DNA of 30,633 nucleotides from IMG/VR virus record IMGVR_UViG_3300010348_000185. One strand, written 5' to 3'. Shown piece after piece: positions 9,817 through 19,115 of this stretch. The notes under the pieces are model-generated. The model did no database searches. It was not told the DNA's origin and worked only from the letters and a program-made list of their open reading frames with translations. The stretch is from a virus. Numbering within the stretch: position 1 is the stretch's first letter; each line of letters begins with the position of its first letter. Position numbers and translations under genes: made by a program.

Positions 9817-9961
9817 TTTTTGTTCTAATAATTCTTATCGCTTTATCTTTTATATCACTAAGACTTTTTGGTAAAGCGTATTTACCTTTTGCTATTTGGA
9901 TGTATTCATCCCCATCATACCAATTATCTAATTGAAGCATTTGTATTATTTTTTCTAACAT
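9809..9961 (-). CDS. Small hypothetical protein (50 aa, MLEKIIQMLQLDNWYDGDEYIQIAKGKYALPKSLSDIKDKAIRIIRTKNG)
   Basis: Hand-translated ORF. Its TGA overlaps the tape measure ATG (ATGGCTGA). Confidence 0.4.
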   Translation of the reverse strand: MLEKIIQMLQLDNWYDGDEYIQIAKGKYALPKSLSDIKDKAIRIIRTKNG

Positions 9962-9996
9962 AAATTAAAAACTATTTTTATTATCTCTGTTTACTA

Positions 9997-12900
9997 CTAT
10001 AAACCTTTTTGTAAAATAGTAACCCACTTCTCAATACCATCTGCTGTAATTGTTAAAGCCATCTTTCTATCTTGATAAACTTGTGGAGGTACCTGAGATG
10101 CTTTTTCTTCAATTCTAATACATATCTCCGAATTACCACTTCCTGATGGTGTTAAAACATCAATCCAATCAGTTCCAAATCCTAAATCAACTTTAGTAAC
10201 AATCCAATTTGTATCAGAAGATATATTCACAGCATAATACTTAGTTCCAGCATTAGCAATTATATAGTCATTAAATAGATTTAGATTAAGGTCACTTGTT
10301 AATTTAATTATTCTATTATTCTGAATACCATAAACATCATCACCTACATTATAAACAATAGAACAATTGTGATTATTAAATGTTTGGTAAATAGAACCAT
10401 CTTTCTGTATTATAACAGCATTCTTAGTGTTATTACCATTAAATTGACTAAATGAACCACTAATGAAGATTCTATCATTATTTTTAGTATATCTAATAAA
10501 GTTAGCATTACCTGTTGATATACCTGTTCCAGCATCAAATGTTGTATCTATATCACCAGTCTTAGTAATTTTAATAACTCTACCCATAGTCATACCTTTA
10601 TAACTTGTTGCTGAATTACCCATCAAATATATAGATTGTGAGTTATCATATGTAGGTAAAATAAACTTAACTGTGCTTGCTGGTAGAATACCTGTTCCAA
10701 CAGCAAATGTTGTATCAATAGAAGCAGTTGCTGTTAATTTAATAATTGATGGTGCTGTCATACCTTTATAACTTGTAAAGTAACCAGTAGCATATACACT
10801 TTCATCATAATTCGATACAATAGAAGTTACTGTATTATCAAACCCAGAACCAACAGCAAATGTTGTATCAATAGAACCAGTAGCAGACATTCTAACTAAA
10901 CATCTTGAAGATACATTTGAGTAAGAACCAAACAAACCACATAGAAGTATTTTACCATCTGATTGTTGAGCCATATCTTGTGTATATCTAAATCCACTAG
11001 TTTGTGTAAAGTTACCAGGTGTAAAACTTGTATCAATTGTCCCATTAGGATTTAATTTTCTTAAACCATAACCAGTAACACCATTATACGATGAAAAGAA
11101 ACCTGTTACATATAAACCATCTTCTCTACCATAAGAACTACTATCTATTCTATAAAGTCTCATACCTTCATAAGGATCTGAGTTAGGACCGCCTAAGTTA
11201 GCATTAAATGTAACATCTCTTGTTCCATCAGCATTTATTTTAACTACTCTTGATGCTGTCGCTCCATCAAATCTATTAAAGTTACCATAGACAAAGTATG
11301 AACCATCTTCGTTACCAGTTGTATAATCTGTTAAATATAATGATGTAGAAGAGCTAAATGTGCTACCAATGAAATCTCTTTCAATAGTTTCATAAGGATC
11401 ATATATATCTAAAAATAAATTAAACTTAGTCTCACCTGTTGTTAAATTAACTGTATAATCATTTATTTTATATCTATGGTCTCCAATAACAAGTCTATCA
11501 TTTAATGATAATTCTTCAATAAATCTTGGCGGTAAATAAGATGAATATGAGAACTTTCTTTGTTTCAATGAATAAACAGTATTAATCCAATTAGACCAAT
11601 AGTTTAAGAATAAAGAGTTATAAACATCTACTTTATGCCAAGGGTCAATCTCTGAACCAAAGTTTATTGTATTTGTAACTTGATCTATCAGTTCATCATC
11701 AGTATTACCAATAATGTAATTATATAAAACATCAGTAGTTGTTGAACCAAATTTAATCTTGAATGGATAATCTTCATTTATAGAAATCCCATTATTAAAG
11801 AATAAAATTGGTTTAGAATTGTTTCTACTAAATGTTTCATTATCTTGTGTTGAGATAGATTGACCTATTGATATATTAGTATCTTGACCAGCATCAGCAT
11901 TAGGTTCAAGAACAGTAAGTCTCTCAAATAACATATTCTCAAATTGGACACTAACTTCTAAATTATCTTTTGTTGATAAAGAAGCATATGTTGCTTTTAA
12001 GTCACCATAACCTATTTCATCATTTGGGTCATTATCCTTTCTAAACTTAGCACCTAATACATTGTTAGTTTTTTCATACTTAAATGTTATATTTTTATAT
12101 AAAAGAGGTCTTTCAATAACAACATCTTCCATATCAGTATAGTTAGTAATGTCTAATATATTACCTTTAGAATAATAACCATCAATTGTATCTACATAAA
12201 ACTGATTAGATGATAATGGTCTAATAACTAACTTAAACATTTTCATTAAACCTTGTAAGAAATCAATAACCTTTATATTAGGTATATTCTTATATAATGG
12301 GAAATAACTTAGTCTTGTTTGTGAGTTGGGTAATGAATTACCAACTCTATCACTATAAGCAGGTCCTGGAACAGATGGTGTAATAAACATATTAGCAATC
12401 AATCTAAACTTGAATGTTGCTGTTCTATCAGTTCTAATAGAGTATTTTAATCTTTTCACATAAGCCTCATTTCTTTGAAAAAACTTTAGGAATGTAGAAG
12501 TGTTAGAGGTCGTATCATTTCCTGTTCTTAAATCACTCTCTTCTAATAATTCGTTTGTGTTATAATCTCTAACATAAACCTTAAAGCTTGTAGTTGGATC
12601 TGATAAATCATATATCATAACTCTATTCCAGTATTCAATACTATCAAAATCAGTTGTTCCAATAGCAGGAACAGTCATCTCAAAATAGTCATCGATTGTA
12701 TTAAGTGTTTGATAATTAGAATCAACAAATCCAGCAGTTGGAGGTGGTCCATAATTAAAGTCATCTATTATATCTAAACCTACTTCATCACCTAAAACAT
12801 TTTCAGACCTATTCATCCATAAAAATAAATTATTAAACACAGCTCTACCAAAAAAGTCATTACTAAATGATATACCATATTTAGTTTCAATACCTGTAAT

Positions 12901-13899
12901 TATATTTTTAACTCTGATTGCTGGTCTTAATTCAATATCTAATATAGCACCATCTGTTGTAGATATATCTATATCATCAGCAGAACCATAGTTCCAATCT
13001 CTATTAGCATAAGCAATTAAAGGTGTCATTATTTGACCATCTAAAAATGATGGATTATTAATTGTGTTAATAAAATTACCTCCTTCATATTCATACTCAA
13101 ATTGTGATAATGAGTTCCAGGTTTTAGTCTCACTACCATCAGCATTTTTTTTATAATCTAATCTATCAATGGTATCATCACCAAACAAGTCGGTTAATTG
13201 TAAAGTTCCACCATAGAATGTGATTTTATATGATGCTGGTTTATGTGACTTAACTATAACTTGTTCTAATTGTATCTTACCATATCTCAAAGGAAAAGAA
13301 TCAATTTCTATGTATCCAGGAACTCTTATATTAGCATTGAATGTATTATATATATCTACATCATAATAGTGTCTAAAAATGTCACTATTGTTGTCTGTAG
13401 CAGGCACGGTGAATGTATTTGTAAAGTCTGTAAATACACTTGATAGTTTTTCAATGTCTGATAATTTAGATGTTAAATTAACATTTTCATCTTTATATAA
13501 ATCTAATCTTACATAATCTGTTGATACTGTTGTTAATGTAGCTGCTTCTGAGGAACCCCAACCTGTTGTAGAAAAACTAAAATTAAAAACCGGAGACCCA
13601 TTTGTTCTACTTCTAATAATAACATAATTAGTATCATCTACATAATCATCTATAATAAAACTATTACTAAGTGCTGTAATAAATGATCTAAAATCAGAAG
13701 CCATTTGCTCATTAGTATATGGACTTGGTATTGCTAACAAAGGTACACTAAATGTTGCTATAGTAGCAGTACTTGGATAAGAAGGGTAATAATTCCATTC
13801 AATAAAATCTGTATTTGATGGTTCTGATATAAAAGAAACTTTTACACCTTGTTCTATTGTATTTTCAATTTGTTCTCCTAAGTATATTTTTACATCCAT
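9997..13899 (-). CDS. Large tail or receptor-binding protein with C-terminal delta-60-type beta-propeller repeats (1300 aa)
   Basis: At least five repeats of the form '(D/T)G(T/S)IDTTF..G.G' occur: DGTRDVTFNANLGG, NGTIDTSFTPGNF, TGSIDTTFAVGSGF, TASIDTTFAVGTGI and TGDIDTTFDAGTGI. Each is followed by a Y/F-x-G-x-F-x-x-Y motif. The gene is coupled by TAATG to the upstream Dit-like gene. Confidence 0.6.
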   Translation of the reverse strand: MDVKIYLGEQIENTIEQGVKVSFISEPSNTDFIEWNYYPSYPSTATIATFSVPLLAIPSPYTNEQMASDFRSFITALSNSFIIDDYVDDTNYVIIRSRTNGSPVFNFSFSTTGWGSSEAATLTTVSTDYVRLDLYKDENVNLTSKLSDIEKLSSVFTDFTNTFTVPATDNNSDIFRHYYDVDIYNTFNANIRVPGYIEIDSFPLRYGKIQLEQVIVKSHKPASYKITFYGGTLQLTDLFGDDTIDRLDYKKNADGSETKTWNSLSQFEYEYEGGNFINTINNPSFLDGQIMTPLIAYANRDWNYGSADDIDISTTDGAILDIELRPAIRVKNIITGIETKYGISFSNDFFGRAVFNNLFLWMNRSENVLGDEVGLDIIDDFNYGPPPTAGFVDSNYQTLNTIDDYFEMTVPAIGTTDFDSIEYWNRVMIYDLSDPTTSFKVYVRDYNTNELLEESDLRTGNDTTSNTSTFLKFFQRNEAYVKRLKYSIRTDRTATFKFRLIANMFITPSVPGPAYSDRVGNSLPNSQTRLSYFPLYKNIPNIKVIDFLQGLMKMFKLVIRPLSSNQFYVDTIDGYYSKGNILDITNYTDMEDVVIERPLLYKNITFKYEKTNNVLGAKFRKDNDPNDEIGYGDLKATYASLSTKDNLEVSVQFENMLFERLTVLEPNADAGQDTNISIGQSISTQDNETFSRNNSKPILFFNNGISINEDYPFKIKFGSTTTDVLYNYIIGNTDDELIDQVTNTINFGSEIDPWHKVDVYNSLFLNYWSNWINTVYSLKQRKFSYSSYLPPRFIEELSLNDRLVIGDHRYKINDYTVNLTTGETKFNLFLDIYDPYETIERDFIGSTFSSSTSLYLTDYTTGNEDGSYFVYGNFNRFDGATASRVVKINADGTRDVTFNANLGGPNSDPYEGMRLYRIDSSSYGREDGLYVTGFFSSYNGVTGYGLRKLNPNGTIDTSFTPGNFTQTSGFRYTQDMAQQSDGKILLCGLFGSYSNVSSRCLVRMSATGSIDTTFAVGSGFDNTVTSIVSNYDESVYATGYFTSYKGMTAPSIIKLTATASIDTTFAVGTGILPASTVKFILPTYDNSQSIYLMGNSATSYKGMTMGRVIKITKTGDIDTTFDAGTGISTGNANFIRYTKNNDRIFISGSFSQFNGNNTKNAVIIQKDGSIYQTFNNHNCSIVYNVGDDVYGIQNNRIIKLTSDLNLNLFNDYIIANAGTKYYAVNISSDTNWIVTKVDLGFGTDWIDVLTPSGSGNSEICIRIEEKASQVPPQVYQDRKMALTITADGIEKWVTILQKGL

Positions 13900-15566
13900 T
13901 ATAGTATATTATTTATTATATTGTGTGATAACTTAAATTTCATAGTATATTGAATTAACTTATCATTTACTCTTGTTTTATAGTTAAATTGTGTATCTGA
14001 TTTATTTACAGGTGTAATCACATTATATCTATCAACTACCCATATCTCTTCACTCATCATTAGTTCCTTAAATACATCATTCATATATTCTTCCATCCAA
14101 TCTGTATTTAATGTCCATTCTTCACTTGCGAATGTATTTATTGTTTTTCTTGTATGTCTTGCTACATTAAAAGAACCATTATAATCAACTATACCTCTTA
14201 GATAATTTGTATCTTCAATAGATAATGATTTTGTTGATTTCATAGAGAATGATAAGGTTTCTAAAACACCCCATTTATTCTTGAATACAACATCATAATT
14301 TTCATATTTACAAAAACTATTAGTTATATAAGTCCAAACAAATTCACTTGAGTCTGTGTAATTAAAAACATAAGTCATATTTTGATTTGTATCAACTAAT
14401 ATAGATTGTATATACTCATTTGATATATCAGGATTTGCTGTAAATGCTATACTTGCTGTAGCAACACTTGGATAAACATTACCAACATATGTATCAATTG
14501 ATACTAAATCTTTTGTCTTAAAATGTATTCTTGCTTGACTATATTGAGCATATTGTCTTTTAGACCAATTAGTAAGTAAAACTCTTTGAGGCGAACCAGG
14601 TGTAAATGGTCTTATTAAACCTTGTTCTTCACCTGGTTCTGTATAACCATCAACAACAAAGAAATTATCACTAAAAGTTCTACTTAGTTCATTTCCATTA
14701 TAATAAAAATCACCATATACATTTACCCACTTACTTTCTTTCAATCCTATATTTTGTGATTGAGTTGGGTTATTAGATATAATATAATTATCTATATCAC
14801 CTTCTAATTTTTCCTTAACCAAATTAGAAAGATTTATATAAATATTTGTTTGTGAATTAACAACCTTTGGTTTATCTTTAACATATGAAATTGATGATGT
14901 TGGTGTTGTTAAATCACCATCCCAAGTTTTTATATAGTATCTAATAGTATCATAATTTATTGGCTCAGAATATGTTCCACCACAATTATTAACAAGAGAA
15001 TAAGATGGACCTGATATAGAACCAATCAAAACGCAATCTGATAGTAAATTAGTAAACGCTGGAACATCAACAGATGCTTCTGATCCAGAGGCACAATCAG
15101 TAAATAAGAATGTTTCTGATGAAGAACCACTATTTATTAAATTGTAAATGCCACAAGGTCCTATATCAACCGGTTTTATATATAGATAAGGTGATCTACA
15201 TTTGATTTCCTCAACCTCTATAGGAGTATCTTCTGTTACAAACTCAACTAATTGTTCATATGGTGGTTGGAGACCAGTTGAAGCATTAAAAATTGGACTA
15301 CCATTATTAGGTGTAATAATGACAGTATCATTTTCAAGTATAACTGAAAATTGAGATCCATAATCAACTAAAAATGCGTTATAATAGTTTTGTGCTTGTA
15401 AAGCAGGTGTTGATCCTATTGAAAACTCACCTGGGTTTATTCTTGTTACCTTAGCTCTTAGAGTTCTAATAAATTCTGTTGTATCAGGATATAAACCATA
15501 GTATTTAAAATATACAGTCTCATCTACATTTGCTGGTCTAAGGAACTTTATTGAAAGTGTGCTCAT
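13899..15566 (-). CDS. Distal-tail (Dit)-like or baseplate protein (555 aa)
   Basis: It lies directly upstream of the large tail protein. The C-terminal segment ('EEWTLNTDWMEEYMNDVFKELMMSEEIWVVD...VITPVNK...') resembles siphovirus Dit family endings. Support is weak. Confidence 0.35.
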   Translation of the reverse strand: MSTLSIKFLRPANVDETVYFKYYGLYPDTTEFIRTLRAKVTRINPGEFSIGSTPALQAQNYYNAFLVDYGSQFSVILENDTVIITPNNGSPIFNASTGLQPPYEQLVEFVTEDTPIEVEEIKCRSPYLYIKPVDIGPCGIYNLINSGSSSETFLFTDCASGSEASVDVPAFTNLLSDCVLIGSISGPSYSLVNNCGGTYSEPINYDTIRYYIKTWDGDLTTPTSSISYVKDKPKVVNSQTNIYINLSNLVKEKLEGDIDNYIISNNPTQSQNIGLKESKWVNVYGDFYYNGNELSRTFSDNFFVVDGYTEPGEEQGLIRPFTPGSPQRVLLTNWSKRQYAQYSQARIHFKTKDLVSIDTYVGNVYPSVATASIAFTANPDISNEYIQSILVDTNQNMTYVFNYTDSSEFVWTYITNSFCKYENYDVVFKNKWGVLETLSFSMKSTKSLSIEDTNYLRGIVDYNGSFNVARHTRKTINTFASEEWTLNTDWMEEYMNDVFKELMMSEEIWVVDRYNVITPVNKSDTQFNYKTRVNDKLIQYTMKFKLSHNIINNIL

Positions 15567-15596
15567 TATTATTTATTTATTTATTTTATTGTGTTT

Positions 15597-16052
15597 TTAC
15601 CATATTTTTAATGTAATCTCTTTACCATCATACTCATTAAAAAAGTTTTCCCATATTGTGCCTGCTATTAAGTCTGATAAACCTTCTATTTTATCATCAA
15701 TAACAGGTTGTATAAAATCTCTTGGTCGAATACCATTTCTATATACAGAAGCAGCAATAGCAAATTGCTCACTTAAATCTGATGTATATGAAGAAAAGGC
15801 AGAAGAAGGTGGCATTTTATCTCTAAATGAATAAGGTGAACCCCAACTTACATTTATACCATTCACTCCTTGGTCTATAAATCTACCATAATAAAGCATA
15901 TCAAATTGTATTTGAGCACCACTAGATGATGGCACAACAATTGCTTCTATACTATTCTTTAGATCACCAGATAATTCAGGTGCTGCTATTCTTAAATCAT
16001 CAGAAATAGAATCAATATAACTTTGTATGTTTTTCCAATCGTTAATCAGCAT
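15597..16052 (-). CDS. HK97 gp10-like head-tail joining or tail-completion protein (151 aa)
   Basis: 'AAPELSGDLKNSIEAIVV' and 'YYGRFIDQGVNG' match the aP..tG.Lr.SI and YA.f.E.G pattern of the HK97 gp10 family. Confidence 0.5.
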   Translation of the reverse strand: MLINDWKNIQSYIDSISDDLRIAAPELSGDLKNSIEAIVVPSSSGAQIQFDMLYYGRFIDQGVNGINVSWGSPYSFRDKMPPSSAFSSYTSDLSEQFAIAASVYRNGIRPRDFIQPVIDDKIEGLSDLIAGTIWENFFNEYDGKEITLKIW

Positions 16053-16072
16053 TATAGATGTATTTTATATTT

Positions 16073-16612
16073 TTATGGTATTGATTGTGTTCCTGATAAT
16101 GTGTCACAATCAAATAGATTACCTCCTGAACCAGAAGGATTAGTGTCTGTTGGATCAATTACAGGAACCATTAAAACAAACCTACAAACCCATCCATCTA
16201 ATAGATTAAAATCCTTAAATAAAACAGGTGAGAAATCATTTACCTCATCTAATTCAATATTCATATCATTTGGAACTTGTTTCAACCAACTAATTAAATC
16301 ATTTAATATGAAATATGTTATATTAAGATTATCTTGTAGATTGTCATTACCATCAAACTTATCAGTTGCTGCTGAATTACTTATATCTCTTTGGTCTAAT
16401 ACTGCTACCTCAAAAGCAAACATATTAACAGCATTTGTTCTCATTCTTCTTGTTCCCATTGGTGCAGATACGGGAACTATATGTGCTATTGGATAAATAG
16501 ATTTCTTATATAGGTCTTTTTCTTGTGATACTCCAAAAAGAACTGTCTTCACATATGGATTACTTTCTAATCTAGCTTTTATTAAATTTGTGGCACGATG
16601 GAACTGGTTCAT
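16073..16612 (-). CDS. Hypothetical neck or tail-completion protein (179 aa)
   Basis: The call rests on position next to the gp10-like gene. The gene is preceded by the conserved 15-nt motif. Confidence 0.25.
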   Translation of the reverse strand: MNQFHRATNLIKARLESNPYVKTVLFGVSQEKDLYKKSIYPIAHIVPVSAPMGTRRMRTNAVNMFAFEVAVLDQRDISNSAATDKFDGNDNLQDNLNITYFILNDLISWLKQVPNDMNIELDEVNDFSPVLFKDFNLLDGWVCRFVLMVPVIDPTDTNPSGSGGNLFDCDTLSGTQSIP

Positions 16613-16632
16613 ATTTATTTTTATTTTTTATG

Positions 16633-16660
16633 TTATTATAGTAAAAACTATTTTTTATAT
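16633..16660 (-). promoter_or_regulatory. Second copy of the candidate promoter or leader element ATAGTTTTTACTATA
   Basis: The core at 16637-16651 is identical to 3934-3948. It lies 24 nt upstream of the ATG at 16612, inside a 112-nt intergenic gap. Confidence 0.45.
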
Positions 16661-16724
16661 ACTTGTTTAGAGAAACTCAAACCTAAAAAAAAGAATACAG
16701 AGTATTATACCTAATGATACCTTT

Positions 16725-17054
16725 TTATATATATTTTCTATATGATTTTCTCTGTCTTGTTTTTAGATAATCTAAATTATTTTGGTTCTCAAAGGCTTCT
16801 TTCTCAAAAGGTATGTTTCTATATGACCACCAATGTTTAAGTGTCTTAAAACCTTTATATTTTCTTCTATTAGCAAAATACCACTTAAAGTATAAATAGT
16901 AAAATGGTATTACATATAATTCTTTCTGTTGTTTTATATGTATTCTCTCGTGATTTATAAGAACATCATTATTTTCCTTAACAATTATAAAAGGATATAA
17001 AGTAATACCTCTTATACCAAAAAAATCACAAAACCATTTACTCTTAATTACCAT
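16725..17054 (-). CDS. Small HExxH zinc-metallopeptidase-like protein (109 aa), possibly DUF4157-like
   Basis: 'GITLYPFIIVKENNDVLINHERIHIKQQ' carries an HExxH motif followed by QQ, and 'FEKEAF' lies downstream. The ATG overlaps the stop of the frameshift extension (TAATG). Confidence 0.45.
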   Translation of the reverse strand: MVIKSKWFCDFFGIRGITLYPFIIVKENNDVLINHERIHIKQQKELYVIPFYYLYFKWYFANRRKYKGFKTLKHWWSYRNIPFEKEAFENQNNLDYLKTRQRKSYRKYI

Positions 17055-17339
17055 TATCTATTAAATTGTCTTTTTATTCTGGCTGCTTCCAGTTCATTCT
17101 TTCTTTTCAAGAAGTTGATATAAAACAGAAACTCATCTGCTGGTGAATCAACCACATCTTTAATTTTTAGATACTGCTCATTAGCAGCAGCAAATAACAT
17201 AGAGTACCAACCAAATTCCTCAGCAAATATACCTTCATCTGAATATGATGTTACTTGTCTTTCTTCATTTTCTTCAACCTCTTCTGGATATAAGTATTTG
17301 TATGGCTTAATAAACTCTTGCTTAAATTGTAAAAAAAAA
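17054..17339 (-). CDS. -1 frame extension of the chaperone-like gene (GT-like fusion product of about 242 aa)
   Basis: In the mRNA sense, 'g ttt ttt ttt ac' (plus-strand A9 at 17331-17339) is a U UUU UUU slippery site. The -1 frame stays open for about 92 codons (FFLQFKQEFIKPYKYLYPEEVEENEERQVTSYSDEGIFAEEFGWYSMLFAAANEQYLKIKDVVDSPADEFLFYINFLKRKNELEAARIKRQFNR) to the TAA at 17054-17056. Confidence 0.5.
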
Positions 17340-17781
17340 CCATAGCGCCTAAAGCAACTTTACAATCAACCTTTAGCATTACATCACAATGCTTGTCAGT
17401 TCCTTCATACTTTTCTATCTCATAATAATTACCCATCTTAGATGTAACTGGTCTATAAAGTATAGAACATATTTTATGTAATTGTTTATCTTTCTCATTT
17501 AGATAAACATCTAAGTCTATAAACTCACCAGTTGAGATTTTAGATAGATTAGGTATAAAACCATACTCAACACCATCAATCTCAAATCTGTGTATAAGGT
17601 CAAAATCTTCTCTTGAAAGAAGTTCATTTATATCACTCATAGTTTTATCAGATATAGATTTCTCAACATCTAAATTACCGTGAATTAGTTTAATAATTTC
17701 TTTTATAACTTTTGAGTCATCCTGATTATAGGTCGATAGAATCAGGTTTATCTCCATTAATTGTCTGATTGTTAATGTCAT
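17251..17781 (-). CDS. Tail assembly chaperone-like protein, zero-frame product (176 aa)
   Basis: 'FIPNLSKISTGEFIDLDVYL' resembles chaperone families. A T9 slippery run and an open -1 frame lie near its 3' end. Confidence 0.45.
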   Translation of the reverse strand: MTLTIRQLMEINLILSTYNQDDSKVIKEIIKLIHGNLDVEKSISDKTMSDINELLSREDFDLIHRFEIDGVEYGFIPNLSKISTGEFIDLDVYLNEKDKQLHKICSILYRPVTSKMGNYYEIEKYEGTDKHCDVMLKVDCKVALGAMVFFYNLSKSLLSHTNTYIQKRLKKMKKDK

Positions 17782-17821
17782 TTAATTTATTTATTTTTTA
17801 GTATTTCTCTTCTCAAGGATA

Positions 17822-19035
17822 TTATCTAATTTTATATTTTTGTATTGCTGGTTTTTTCAACCTATGCATTATTAAATATCTTGCAGCATCAATTAGGTGG
17901 TTATACATATCAACAGGTTTCTCACCTCTTTCAGCCCATATATAATTATTTAACTCTTTAATTAGATTTTTACTTAGAGGATCTATAATAAGTTTATAAT
18001 CTTGCATTAAAAGTAACCCTTCTTTAACTGAACCAGCACCTTTAACACAAGGTTTTATATTAACACCAGTTCTTTTTATTTCTTCGATAAGTCTTCCTTC
18101 TGCTGAATCAGCAATGATTAGTTTATTACCAGCAACAATTCTAAATATATAAGATAACTCAGATGTGGTCTTACCAATTTCATACAATTCTTCTTTTAAC
18201 CAAATAATCTTTCTTTTATTATCTATACTTACTTTAACTAAGGTAGATGGGTCTTCTGACCAACCAAAGTCAGCACCACATTCCCAATCACTATCCTCAT
18301 TAAAATCTCCAATTTCCCAGTTGTTAAATATAACTCCTTCTGATTTATCTAAGAAACCACCCAATATAATGTGTTTATACTTTTGAGGATTATCTAATTT
18401 CATTCTTTTTACTTGTTTTAAGAAACTTTCTGGTAGTTTATCTTCTATATCCTCATATGTAGTGTGAATGTATGTTATATCGTCTGTAATTAAGTTTGTT
18501 CCTTCTTTAATACCTCTACTCTCATAAAATCTTTGATATAACCAACTTGCTTTACTTGTTGGATTAAACATAAGAATAATTTTATTAAAGTGTCTATTAG
18601 AACGAACTGAAAGGTCTATCTTATCAAATGTTTCTTCATCAGGAATTTCTTCACTTTCGTCTATTACAAGTGTATCAATGTTAGCAATAGATTTAAGGTT
18701 TGCTGTTTGCTGACCAGAACCTGCTTTAATACCCTTAAAAATAATTTTAGAACCTGTCAATTTATTTATGATTTCTGATTTAGTAATCTCAAATAAGTCA
18801 TCAAGTTCTAATGTTTGTATTTTATCTATAAACTCAGGAAAGATAGATATAGCAACCGAGGTCATTGTATAACGAGCAAATAAAATAGTTCTACTATTCT
18901 CAAATGTTAAAAGTAAAAGATAGAGAGCAACAGAATAAGACTTTCCACTCCCTCGGGTCAGCGACCCCCACTTACACAATAATAACGAGTATTATTAGCA
19001 AATAGGGGTTTATACTTTTCATTAATTTTTATCAT
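17822..19035 (-). CDS. terL: Terminase large subunit with an interrupted reading frame inside the Walker A motif
   Basis: The main ORF has RGSGKSYSVALYLL (P-loop), 'LVIDESEE' (Walker B-like) and a C-terminal nuclease region. The true N-terminus MIKINEKYKPLFANNTRYYCVSGGR (19035..18961) lies in another frame and ends at a TGA (18960..18958). Together they reconstitute the canonical ...YxxVSGGRGSGKS motif. Confidence 0.8.
18953..18967 (-). other. Candidate recoding site in terL: CGC-UGA-CC-CGA within the hairpin GGGUC-GCU-GACCC, next to a G5 run
   Basis: Read directly from the sequence: 'agt ggg ggt CGC TGA cc CGA ggg agt gga aag'. Skipping 8 nt from CGC to CGA restores VSGGRGSGKS. Confidence 0.4.
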
Positions 19036-19115
19036 CTAATATTTTCTTAATTTTCTTTACTCTTAAATATACTTTTAATAATTGACCTAATTTAATAGGT
19101 CTTTTATATCTTGAA

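Noticed and set aside
19036-19115. Possible small ORF or cos/pac site in the terS-terL spacer
   Set aside because: It contains only a weak 6-bp hairpin (gaccta/taggtc) and no ORF. Nothing separates it from ordinary AT-rich spacer, and termini cannot be inferred from sequence alone.
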